The position numbers and the translations under genes were made by a program. From the sequence record MN894885.1: DNA of 64,000 nucleotides; one strand, 5' to 3'. The notes below the pieces were generated by a model, which did no database searches, was not told the DNA's origin, and saw nothing but the letters and a program-made list of their open reading frames with translations. This DNA comes from Escherichia phage Ec_Makalu_001. Shown piece by piece: positions 46,127 through 55,148 of this stretch (positions are counted from its first letter, which is position 1; each line of letters starts with the position of its first letter).

Positions 46127-46396
46127 TTAAATATCGAGAGTGTTGGTCGGTTCGTCGATCACTCCCTTCCTGAGCGTTCTATTTACTATACATTCTTGTG
46201 TGATCTTGTCAATAATGGACACCGGAATATACTTCTGATAGTGACCATATTCGATAGAGTTTTCCTCTACAAACTGCGTTGTCGCTTCAAGATAAGTCAA
46301 TCCCTCTTCAACAACCAGTTTTTCGATTGCAAGACCGTTTGCTGTTTTGTTCGCGGCTTTTACCGCATGTTCATTAAGCATTGAACACCCGATCAT
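46127..46396 (-). CDS. 33: Late transcription co-activator gp33
   Basis: 89 aa; YLEATTxFxEENSI and C-terminal NTLD as T4 gp33. Confidence 0.75.
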   Translation of the reverse strand: MIGCSMLNEHAVKAANKTANGLAIEKLVVEEGLTYLEATTQFVEENSIEYGHYQKYIPVSIIDKITQECIVNRTLRKGVIDEPTNTLDI

Positions 46397-46649
46397 AGAG
46401 TTCTACCGCTTCGTCGCGTTCTGCTTCGAAGGTTTCGCGCTGTTGCTGGTGATATAGTTTAAACAGAATACCCCACATTTTACCATCTACGCCTAATTCT
46501 TCTTTAGCACGCTGTTTGATCTCTTTGATCTTATCGCCGTATGCTTCTTGAATGGTTTTCTGATCGCTGGCTTCTTTAATCAGTTGTGCCAGGGTATTTC
46601 CGTGCACTGCTTCGTCAAATACTACTTTTTCTTTTTTCTGTTCAGTCAT
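46374..46649 (-). CDS. dsbA: dsDNA-binding protein DsbA
   Basis: 91 aa; ELGVDGKM...LYH...FEAE...VELYDxVF as T4 DsbA. Confidence 0.8.
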   Translation of the reverse strand: MTEQKKEKVVFDEAVHGNTLAQLIKEASDQKTIQEAYGDKIKEIKQRAKEELGVDGKMWGILFKLYHQQQRETFEAERDEAVELYDRVFNA

Positions 46650-46653
46650 AATA

Positions 46654-47253
46654 TTAACCCTCTTTAGTCATTAATTGAAAACCACGTTCAGCTTTTGAGA
46701 TTTCGCTAGGACGTAAATCATCATCTACATATTCTAGCATCATTTCTCTGATAATGTCAAGTGCTTTTTCATCACCTGATTTTAACTCGAACTCAAGTTC
46801 ATAATGAGCAGTGTCGCCCAATCCTTCGCCTACTTTGCCATAATAGAAAGTGTCTTTGCACATTTCCACTATACCACAACCCATATCTAGAGTCAATGAC
46901 TTGCGATATGTCATTACTTGCATTATTGTAGTGATATAGTCTGAGTTTACCCCTAGACTATCAATAAAATGGACGAACTCATCCCAATTTGAAAATGTCA
47001 TTTCCTCGCGGTTGAATAGTCCAGATTCATTATCACCCATTTTGACCATGATCTCTGATTTTCTACAGTCAAGTCGTGCATAAATTCCTTTTTGACGTAG
47101 CGCATGGTCTTCGGTATCATAATAAAATTCGTGTTTTAATATGTTATCTCGATCTACGATATTATAACCGTCATACATTGCCACCCACAAATCACAGATG
47201 GTTTCGACGCCAATTTGTGAGTGTGCATAGTATTTTAACTCAAGTTCTTTCAT
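46654..47253 (-). CDS. CYTH-domain (triphosphate tunnel metalloenzyme-like) protein
   Basis: 199 aa; N-terminal ExExK signature (MKELELKY) and C-terminal ExExE-like HYELEFELK, CYTH-like spacing; inserted between dsbA and rnh. Confidence 0.5.
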   Translation of the reverse strand: MKELELKYYAHSQIGVETICDLWVAMYDGYNIVDRDNILKHEFYYDTEDHALRQKGIYARLDCRKSEIMVKMGDNESGLFNREEMTFSNWDEFVHFIDSLGVNSDYITTIMQVMTYRKSLTLDMGCGIVEMCKDTFYYGKVGEGLGDTAHYELEFELKSGDEKALDIIREMMLEYVDDDLRPSEISKAERGFQLMTKEG

Positions 47254-47263
47254 GTGTCAACCC

Positions 47264-48211
47264 TTAGAACTCACCAATTTTCTGCAACATTTTAACTAGC
47301 GCATTTGTTACAAAATAGTTATAAATTTTACCGCGTGGTGCTGGTTTAGATTTTTCCCATGCTAACAAAATTTCATATTCGATGTTATCAGGAATAAATT
47401 CAAAATCAATAAGTTCGCGGTTTTCGTCAAAGCGTCGTGCTTCTTCCTCTGTCATCAAAGACTTTGGATCTTCGGCATCGAAAATTTGCTCTAACCATTT
47501 GGTTGCAATTGGTTTAGCTCGTTCCCCTTCCAGCCGTGAGATAATGAAATCACTACGGCACTTGATAGAAGCTACACCGTCTTTTGCGTCACCCTTAACA
47601 CATTTTACCATAAGGTCTTTGTAAGGACTACCATATTTGCATTTCTTCCATGCTTTCTGTACTGGTGCCCACTGTTTCACATTTTTGTATTTGTGCAACT
47701 GTGTGTAGTCACCATCGCCGGAGTTGATTAGCACCTGGCGACCTTCTACAGAAAACTTTTTAGTTAACACAGCGATTATATCATCTGCCTCAACTTTGTC
47801 AACCTTAATAACGTGATAAGGCATGTTCTCTTTAAACTCTTCGGTGATCTTATTGATTGCAGCAAAGATCATCTCCCAATCACGCGGATCTGCGTCTCGC
47901 TTTTCCTTACGGTTACGCTTGTAATAAGGTGCGATATCACGTCGCCAGTAACCTTTGCTAGAGTCAAAGGCAAGTACCGTAATCGGGTATTGCTCTTTGA
48001 ATTTTGTCATATTATAACGCATGGTGTCAAGGATAAGATGACGAATCATACCTTCGCTAATCGGATCTTCCGGCTTAAATGTATGAGAGATAGTAGCAAT
48101 CATAAGCTGCGACATATCAATCAAATGCACACCTTCCGGCAGTTTATCTTCTGGATCGTCGAAGAAATCATTAAGTGTAGCGGTAGTTTTTGTAAACGGG
48201 TTATACGTCAT
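47264..48211 (-). CDS. rnh: RNase H / 5'-3' exonuclease (FEN family)
   Basis: 315 aa; YWRRDxAxYYKxNR, EADDxIAVL, SxDGDxTQLHKYxNVKQW, PPRGKIYxYF as T4 RNase H. Confidence 0.88.
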   Translation of the reverse strand: MTYNPFTKTTATLNDFFDDPEDKLPEGVHLIDMSQLMIATISHTFKPEDPISEGMIRHLILDTMRYNMTKFKEQYPITVLAFDSSKGYWRRDIAPYYKRNRKEKRDADPRDWEMIFAAINKITEEFKENMPYHVIKVDKVEADDIIAVLTKKFSVEGRQVLINSGDGDYTQLHKYKNVKQWAPVQKAWKKCKYGSPYKDLMVKCVKGDAKDGVASIKCRSDFIISRLEGERAKPIATKWLEQIFDAEDPKSLMTEEEARRFDENRELIDFEFIPDNIEYEILLAWEKSKPAPRGKIYNYFVTNALVKMLQKIGEF

Positions 48212-48213
48212 AA

Positions 48214-48426
48214 TTAAGTTCTCTCCACTCTCACAACAACATATTCGCCAAACGAGTTAGATACTTCACGGTCATACCCGTATTTCTCCATAACTCGCAG
48301 AATTGCATTGTTTAATTCAGCACGGAAATAATTGTAATCCTTATCTGGGATTCTGTCAACTATCCATTTTGCACCGTCTGACAAATCAACTTTAACCATA
48401 ATATCATCCTCTTTTGTTTCTATCAA
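48214..48426 (-). CDS. Hypothetical small protein (70 aa)
   Basis: ORF coupled to the rnh start. Confidence 0.4.
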   Translation of the reverse strand: MIETKEDDIMVKVDLSDGAKWIVDRIPDKDYNYFRAELNNAILRVMEKYGYDREVSNSFGEYVVVRVERT

Positions 48427-48435
48427 GCCTCATTT

Positions 48436-48443
48436 TATAAATA
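48436..48443 (+). promoter_or_regulatory. T4-type late promoter motif TATAAATA upstream of gene 34
   Basis: Exact TATAAATA ~29 bp upstream of the gene 34 ATG, followed by AAGGAG RBS. Confidence 0.45.
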
Positions 48444-48471
48444 TGAACATACTATAAAAGGAGACCCAATA

Positions 48472-51400
48472 ATGGCAGATTTTTCTCAACATTTCAAGGC
48501 CACATTTGGCTTTGACGCTGGTAATGAAAAGGTCGTCAATGTAGCATTGGCTGATAAGAATGTCAACACCGATGCGGTCAACGTTGAATTTTTCAATTAC
48601 CATAATGGTATTACTCAGTATGACACAACTCGCGGTTATGATCAATACGGAACTACAATCTATCAAAACCGTCCGTATTATGCAAAAGAAGATATCACAA
48701 AGCCAGCAGGTGATTTTGACCCGACTAAATGGCAAGCACTGCGCACGGACCCACGTTGGGATTATATTGCAGCAACTTCCGGTGATACTCCTTTAAAGTC
48801 TGGTGATTATATCGCAGCAGATGGTCAATTTGCAAACTTGACTTTCTCTATGCCAACTAAACCAGCAGAGGGAGACACTATAACAGTAAAAGATATCGGT
48901 GGCAAGTGTGGTGTTAACGAATTATCGTTCTTGAGTTCAGGACATGAGTTTTACCATAACGGTAATGTGTATAACCGAAAATGGTATTGCACTACCCCGT
49001 ATGCAATGAACTATTTCATCTTTGTTCGTAATCGTTGGCATGTTTATCAGACAGGAACAGAGCCACGCGGTGTGTACGCACAGCCAGCGATTGATGCTAT
49101 TCAAATGCAGAATGGTGACCAGGTATTTCGTCGTAGTTCGTTGGGTAATATTACCTTAGTGCTTCCTAAGTTTGCCAACAATGGCGACATGATCCAGACT
49201 ACAGACCTTGACGGATTAACCGCAACCAACCACGTTACGGTTAAAGTTCATGAGCACGCAGAAGAACAATCAATTGGCACGTCCGGTCTAAAAGAGATTA
49301 TCGGTAAGCGTAGCGGTCATGGTGTATTCATCTTTGACAAGACGGAAAACTTATGGCGTTTGTGGGATGGTGATCAGTCTGTTCGTCTTAAACCGATCAT
49401 CGATGACACTCGCTTGCAACCTAATAGCTATGTTGCTGTATTTGGTGATCGTGATGTTACTCTGACGCTGCCGACCAATGTCGAGCCGGGTGATCGTATT
49501 CAAGTTTCTATGCAGTATATGAACGGAAACCAGAATTGCCGTATTATCACCGCCACAGAGGATACAAAAATCCTTATGCAGAAAAACATGGTTCAGTTTC
49601 CTAAGCGTAGCGAGTACCCATTCAATGGGACCGATACATGGACGGGAGTATCTGAATTGTCTTTCAACGCTGCAAATGATTATGTACCTTATCTGGAGTT
49701 CTCTTATTCAGAAGGTGATGATGGTAAGAAATACTGGTTGGTGGCACATGCTCACCCGATTGTAGAACGAGTAGATCCGACTCGTAAAGATCGTGTTGGT
49801 GTAATTGCACTGGCTACCCAGACTGAAACGAATAAAAACCATGAAGAGAATCCTAGCGACGAAGTTGCGGTGACTCCAAAGGTTCTGGCTAATAAAACAG
49901 CCAACGAAACTAGACGCGGTATTGCTCGCATTGCGACTCAAGCGGAAACGCATCAAGATACTGGTTCTATCTTCCTGGATGATGTTATCGTTACGCCTAA
50001 AAAGTTAAATGATTGTGTTGCTACCGAAGCCCGTCGTGGCGTGATGGAAATTGCAACCCAGCACGAAACAAATGAAGGTTTAGACGATACCCGCGCTATT
50101 ACTCCTAAGAAATTAGAAGAACGTCGCGCTTCCGAAGATCTCGCTGGTATTGCTGAAATTGTTCAGGCTGGCGGTAGTGCTGCCGCTCGACGTGGCGAAG
50201 CTGGTACAGGGATCTATAACATCAACGACCATGTTAAAATTGTTACGCCACAAAACATCAACGAAGTCAAGGCGACCGAAACTTCCCGTGGTGTTGGCTA
50301 TCTGGCAACTGACGCGGAAGTGCAAGGGGCTACAGAATCAACCCCGCAAGATGCTTTACTAATCACGACTCGCACGCTAACGAAACGTACTGCTACCGAA
50401 TCGCGCACTGGTATCGCTGAAATTGCAACTCAGGAAGAAACAAACTTAGGTCAAAGTGATAACCATATCATCACGCCTAAAAAGCTGCATACTCGCCGCG
50501 CAACGGAAACTTTACATGGTTTAGCAGAAATTGCAACTCAGCCGGAATTTGACGCAGGTCTTGACGATGCTCGCATTTCTACCCCATTGAAGATTAAAAC
50601 CTTCTTTGAGAATGCACAGCGTTTGAAAGTAGATCCGACTCAGGGGCTTAACCTTACTGGTGATTTGTGGCAAGGTATCATGATTCGCGGTCTGGATGCA
50701 ACAGAAGACACAAAAGGTGTCGCTAAAGTTGCTACTACTCAGCTTACTGACGCTGGTCAAGATGATACTACAATCATCACTCCTAAAAAGCTGCAAGGCA
50801 AAAAGGCCACCGAAGGTAAAGAAGGTATTATCCGAGTTGGTACTCAAGCCGAAACCGTGGCTGGTACACTGGCTAATGTAGCAATTTCTCCGAAGAACTT
50901 CAAATATGTTGTTCAGACAGAGGATACATGGAAAGCAACCGAAGCTCGTCGTGGTTTCTTGAAAGTTGCTACTCAGGAAAACTGTTTTGTTGGTGACAAT
51001 CTGCAAGGTTCTACTCAAGAACTAGGAAACTACCAGCATGACGGAATTGCTGTTACTCCGAAAGGATTAAACTACGCACTTGCTAATTTCTTGCCTAAGA
51101 TGGCAACCGCTCAGAATAGTTTGAAATTGGGTAACGTAGAGGCCGCTAAATGGGCGCGTAGAGACATTGACCAGACCATAGAGAGCAATTACACGTTTAA
51201 TAAAAACGTTAACGTGAAGGGCGATTTAGAGTGCTTAAAATCAGGTTCCTTTGAAACTCTGTATGTGACTAAGAACTCTACTGATGATCCGAGTAATGGT
51301 CATCTGGTGTTGGGTGAGCGTGGAGTTGACGGTCACACCGGAATTACTCTGCATGGCACAACCGCATCGGAAGGCATGAAAAACTCCTGGTCTATTATCG

Positions 51401-52212
51401 TTGGTGGTACTGGAACGGCGCAAGCAGTTAATAGTGGCGCTATCGCTTTCGGTCAAATCAATGATGGTGGAGTCGTCGAGCATTACGCCTTTGCTATGGA
51501 ACACAATGGCGACGCGACAGCATATAGAGACTTTATTGCAGGTCGTAACCTGTATGCGAAACAAGGCGGTTTATACATTGTTGACCAGTCTAATCCGGCA
51601 ATGACTCGTTCCCCAGATGGTATGCTGAATATCGGTCACGGTGGAAGTGTTAACATCAAGGCAGGTTCTCAAACGTTAACTACAGAGATCGCCGGACAGA
51701 AATATCAGATCGTACACGCAGGAAACGCCGACGAAGTTCTTAACCGTCGGTTTGTTAAGAATGCTGGCGATACAATGGTCGGTAAGCTGACTATGGATAA
51801 TGCGCCTATTGTTTCTGTTAAACATGAAGCTAGCGCGGCAACCGCTCCGGCAATTGGTAACATCGGTTTCTGGAATATGCGAGTTACTACCCAGAACATC
51901 AAAGAAACTTATCCAGAGAAGAAAAACGGTACTCTGATGCAATGGGGTACTGACGCGGACGGGCTTACCCAGCTTTGGTCCCCTGATGGTACTCATAAAC
52001 ATTATATCCGTTCCGGTACTGGTGGTCAATGGACCGCATGGGGTGAAATTTACACCAAACAGAATAAGCCTACCGCTCAGGAAATCGGGGCGGTAGTTGC
52101 AGAAGGTGGTTTAATGAACTCTATGACGGTTCGTGATTGGATTAAAGTTGGTAATGTTAAAATCATCGCCAATAATCTGACTCGTACCGTAGACTTTATC
52201 TGGGAAGACTAA
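48472..52212 (+). CDS. 34: Long tail fibre proximal subunit gp34
   Basis: 1246 aa (T4 gp34 is 1289 aa); repeated ATExRRG(V/I)AxIATQ fibre motifs; synteny and late promoter. Confidence 0.8.
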   Translation: MADFSQHFKATFGFDAGNEKVVNVALADKNVNTDAVNVEFFNYHNGITQYDTTRGYDQYGTTIYQNRPYYAKEDITKPAGDFDPTKWQALRTDPRWDYIAATSGDTPLKSGDYIAADGQFANLTFSMPTKPAEGDTITVKDIGGKCGVNELSFLSSGHEFYHNGNVYNRKWYCTTPYAMNYFIFVRNRWHVYQTGTEPRGVYAQPAIDAIQMQNGDQVFRRSSLGNITLVLPKFANNGDMIQTTDLDGLTATNHVTVKVHEHAEEQSIGTSGLKEIIGKRSGHGVFIFDKTENLWRLWDGDQSVRLKPIIDDTRLQPNSYVAVFGDRDVTLTLPTNVEPGDRIQVSMQYMNGNQNCRIITATEDTKILMQKNMVQFPKRSEYPFNGTDTWTGVSELSFNAANDYVPYLEFSYSEGDDGKKYWLVAHAHPIVERVDPTRKDRVGVIALATQTETNKNHEENPSDEVAVTPKVLANKTANETRRGIARIATQAETHQDTGSIFLDDVIVTPKKLNDCVATEARRGVMEIATQHETNEGLDDTRAITPKKLEERRASEDLAGIAEIVQAGGSAAARRGEAGTGIYNINDHVKIVTPQNINEVKATETSRGVGYLATDAEVQGATESTPQDALLITTRTLTKRTATESRTGIAEIATQEETNLGQSDNHIITPKKLHTRRATETLHGLAEIATQPEFDAGLDDARISTPLKIKTFFENAQRLKVDPTQGLNLTGDLWQGIMIRGLDATEDTKGVAKVATTQLTDAGQDDTTIITPKKLQGKKATEGKEGIIRVGTQAETVAGTLANVAISPKNFKYVVQTEDTWKATEARRGFLKVATQENCFVGDNLQGSTQELGNYQHDGIAVTPKGLNYALANFLPKMATAQNSLKLGNVEAAKWARRDIDQTIESNYTFNKNVNVKGDLECLKSGSFETLYVTKNSTDDPSNGHLVLGERGVDGHTGITLHGTTASEGMKNSWSIIVGGTGTAQAVNSGAIAFGQINDGGVVEHYAFAMEHNGDATAYRDFIAGRNLYAKQGGLYIVDQSNPAMTRSPDGMLNIGHGGSVNIKAGSQTLTTEIAGQKYQIVHAGNADEVLNRRFVKNAGDTMVGKLTMDNAPIVSVKHEASAATAPAIGNIGFWNMRVTTQNIKETYPEKKNGTLMQWGTDADGLTQLWSPDGTHKHYIRSGTGGQWTAWGEIYTKQNKPTAQEIGAVVAEGGLMNSMTVRDWIKVGNVKIIANNLTRTVDFIWED

Positions 52213-52245
52213 TTAAAGGGGGCGAAAGCCCCCTATGGGGTTATT

Positions 52246-53385
52246 ATGACACAAGAGATAGAATTACGCAACACTGGAATTAGGTTTGCGCATTTCGATG
52301 AGGACTCCGCGACATTTACCAGCATTTCAGAAAACAACTCTGTGATGTATAAGCTGGAAGTGCGCGGATCTAATGCGGATTCTACCAAACCAGCAAGGAT
52401 TAGATTTAATGGAGTGGAGATCGTTGGTACTGGCTATGAAAATGGCCTAAATTTTAAAGTTCTTACTCCAACTGGACAACTACACGAAGAAAAGGTATTC
52501 TATGGTCGCGGTGCTGTTTTGGCAATGCGTGATTATCTTTCTTTGCTGAAAGGTGACTATATCATTGCGATGGCAACGCATGGAGAATTGTTTGCAGATC
52601 CGGTAAGTGATGTTGTATTTTCTAAGCTGGGATCTGTATCATTCCCGAATCACATTTTGTTACAGCAAATGCCTCGTGTATCCTATGCAGCAATTTATTC
52701 TACGAAAATGGGTAAAATTGTGTGCGAAGGTATGCAAGCGACCCACGGGGAAGGACAAGATTCATCTATACAAATTGAGAAAGTCTATGATACTATAGAT
52801 GATCTTGCTATAACAGGAACACCACAACGATTTTTAGATTATCCGGTTGAGTATGTTAGCGAAGATGCCGAACATTTCGAGCTAATACAATGGCCTCACG
52901 ATGAGATCAGCGCCCCACTTGAGGATTTTAACATAAAGGCAGGTGACAAACTATCAATATCCTTTGAATTGTTCCGTGATAGTGCCGCAGCCGCAGCCAA
53001 CGTAACAGCGCGTTTCTATCACAACTACTTCACCGATGGACAATATAAAACTGGTGTTCGATACAATGCCAGCAAAAAAGATCAATGGGAAAAGTTTGAA
53101 GCCGTCTATACCGTACCGGAAGGAGTTGATAGTGTAGTAACTGGTTGTATCAGATATCCAACCAACTCAAATGAAGGTATTGTTAAAATTAGAAACATAC
53201 TAATAACGCCGATCAGTGGAGTCGTCAAAACTACTGGTCCTACTTCATTTGGTGTTAATGGTGTTAGAACAACTCATATTCAGGATAACGGTGATTTTAC
53301 TAACCCTGTAATGAGTCTTCTTAAGCTGCCTAGAGACAATAAACATATCACATCCAACAACTTTAAAGAGTTCGATGTTGATTAA
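52246..53385 (+). CDS. 35: Long tail fibre hinge connector gp35
   Basis: 379 aa; synteny between 34 and 36, size similar to T4 gp35. Confidence 0.6.
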   Translation: MTQEIELRNTGIRFAHFDEDSATFTSISENNSVMYKLEVRGSNADSTKPARIRFNGVEIVGTGYENGLNFKVLTPTGQLHEEKVFYGRGAVLAMRDYLSLLKGDYIIAMATHGELFADPVSDVVFSKLGSVSFPNHILLQQMPRVSYAAIYSTKMGKIVCEGMQATHGEGQDSSIQIEKVYDTIDDLAITGTPQRFLDYPVEYVSEDAEHFELIQWPHDEISAPLEDFNIKAGDKLSISFELFRDSAAAAANVTARFYHNYFTDGQYKTGVRYNASKKDQWEKFEAVYTVPEGVDSVVTGCIRYPTNSNEGIVKIRNILITPISGVVKTTGPTSFGVNGVRTTHIQDNGDFTNPVMSLLKLPRDNKHITSNNFKEFDVD

Positions 53386-53546
53386 CATTTTTTACAAGCC
53401 GATCCATGTGGTCGGCTTTATTTTTATACAGTTGGTTAAAATGTAACCAAAACGAAGAAAGATCTTTAGAATAATAGAAAATTTGTTTCGGTTAAAAATT
53501 AGTCAGTGCCTACGGCACGTCGCGAAGCGATATTTTGTTAACATTC

Positions 53547-53554
53547 TATAAATA
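53547..53554 (+). promoter_or_regulatory. T4-type late promoter motif TATAAATA upstream of gene 36
   Basis: Exact TATAAATA 34 bp upstream of the ATG. Confidence 0.4.
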
Positions 53555-53587
53555 CTCGGAACTATAACTAATTTTTGAGGTTACTTT

Positions 53588-55078
53588 ATGGCAGATTTGA
53601 AATATGGATCTACTGTAGGTGGATCTCCCATTTGGACGCAAGGAAACTTGACGATCCAGCCAGCGGGGGATCAGCTTTTCTACAAAGGTCATAAAATCTA
53701 TACCGCTTTTGATAGACCTTCGGCTACCGATTTTGATGCTGTTAGTGCATCCGAAGGTGGCACATTTCAAAAGCAAGTTCATTTCGAGGAAGGTTTAAGC
53801 GTAGGTAGCGCATCGGCTGGAGAAACCAAAAAGAATGGTATCTTTAAAGGTCAGAGTGACGCTGCTAATTTTGACGGTGTAAGCTGGGGTTTGCATTCAT
53901 GGAAGTCAATCGGCTTTGTTAATGCCCGTGATGGCGTTATCATGGCTTATATTGACACCACAACGGGCGAATTTAAGTCTAAAGGGACTATCGAAGGGAC
54001 AACCATTAAAGACACAGGTCAACGCGTCTATAGCCCTGTTAATAAACCAACGAATAATGATTTAGATTTGGTGTCTCGTCGCGGTGATACCCTCACAGGA
54101 ACATATAATTTAAACACTGTCACTGTTAAACTATCGGTTGATTCGAAATTAATTGCAAGGGAACGTGATTTAATTAATTTTGATGCGACTAAGATCTATT
54201 ATGGTAACGTTCTTGATACGTTGGTATTCCGAAGTAAAGATGAGCCTACCATTTTTGTTAATGGCAAAGAAGGTCGTTTTTATCACACCAACAATAAACC
54301 AACTAAAGCCGATGTGGGACTAGGCAATGTCACCAATGATGCACAGGTTAAACGTGCTGGTGATATTATGGAAGGTAACTTGCAAGCGCCTAGAATGTTG
54401 GCGACAAACGATCCTGCTGGTCCGAATGAATTGGTTCGTTTGAGCTACTTTGAGAGAAAATCAATGGTAGCAAATCCAACCATCATAGGAAACGTTGATT
54501 GGAACACTCTTATTAATCGCGGTATCTATCGTGTGGAAAATGCGGGATCAGGTACTAATAAACCGTCTGATAGCTATTATAACGGCGTTTTGATGGTATA
54601 CCGACCAGAAGATGCGGTCGGTACTCGTCGAATTGTTCAGGTGTATTATCCTGAATCTATTGACCATCCGATGTGCTGGCGTTCTTGTTCTAATGAATCG
54701 TGGACTGCATGGAACTATGTGGATCACCGTAAATTAGCCGATATTCGCTATGTTAACGTAACTGGAGATACCATGACAGGGCCGTTAACTGTTCCGGCTG
54801 CAAATGGCGTTAGAACGGCTAGAGGTGCATATAATGGTGATAACTACTATGCTGGGTTAAATAGTGCCGATGGCACGGCTATGATTCACCGTATCAGCGA
54901 TATTAAAGCCACCGAAAAATTGGGGATCACCCACGACTCAAAGGTCGTGTTTTTCCGTTCTAGAAACAATACTCAAACCGTGGATCGCTATCAGCTTTAT
55001 CATGAAGGTAATAAACCTACTCCGGCTGATGTTGGTGCGGTTCCACTTAATGCGGTGATTGATTTTGGTACTTTCTAA
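53588..55078 (+). CDS. 36: Long tail fibre distal connector gp36 (enlarged)
   Basis: 496 aa; N-terminus MADLKYGSTVGGSPIWTQGN...PAGDxLxYKxxKIY matches T4 gp36, but the protein is about twice the T4 length; contains HxxNKPTxADVG fibre repeats. Confidence 0.75.
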   Translation: MADLKYGSTVGGSPIWTQGNLTIQPAGDQLFYKGHKIYTAFDRPSATDFDAVSASEGGTFQKQVHFEEGLSVGSASAGETKKNGIFKGQSDAANFDGVSWGLHSWKSIGFVNARDGVIMAYIDTTTGEFKSKGTIEGTTIKDTGQRVYSPVNKPTNNDLDLVSRRGDTLTGTYNLNTVTVKLSVDSKLIARERDLINFDATKIYYGNVLDTLVFRSKDEPTIFVNGKEGRFYHTNNKPTKADVGLGNVTNDAQVKRAGDIMEGNLQAPRMLATNDPAGPNELVRLSYFERKSMVANPTIIGNVDWNTLINRGIYRVENAGSGTNKPSDSYYNGVLMVYRPEDAVGTRRIVQVYYPESIDHPMCWRSCSNESWTAWNYVDHRKLADIRYVNVTGDTMTGPLTVPAANGVRTARGAYNGDNYYAGLNSADGTAMIHRISDIKATEKLGITHDSKVVFFRSRNNTQTVDRYQLYHEGNKPTPADVGAVPLNAVIDFGTF

Positions 55079-55082
55079 TTTT

Positions 55083-55107
55083 AGCGGGGATTCTCTCCCC
55101 GCTTTTC
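55083..55107 (+). terminator. Rho-independent terminator after gene 36
   Basis: Hairpin agcgggga-ttctc-tccccgct followed by TTTTCT. Confidence 0.55.
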
Positions 55108-55148
55108 TAAATAATATTATTCTAATAACCGTTTAAGGATTTTATAAA

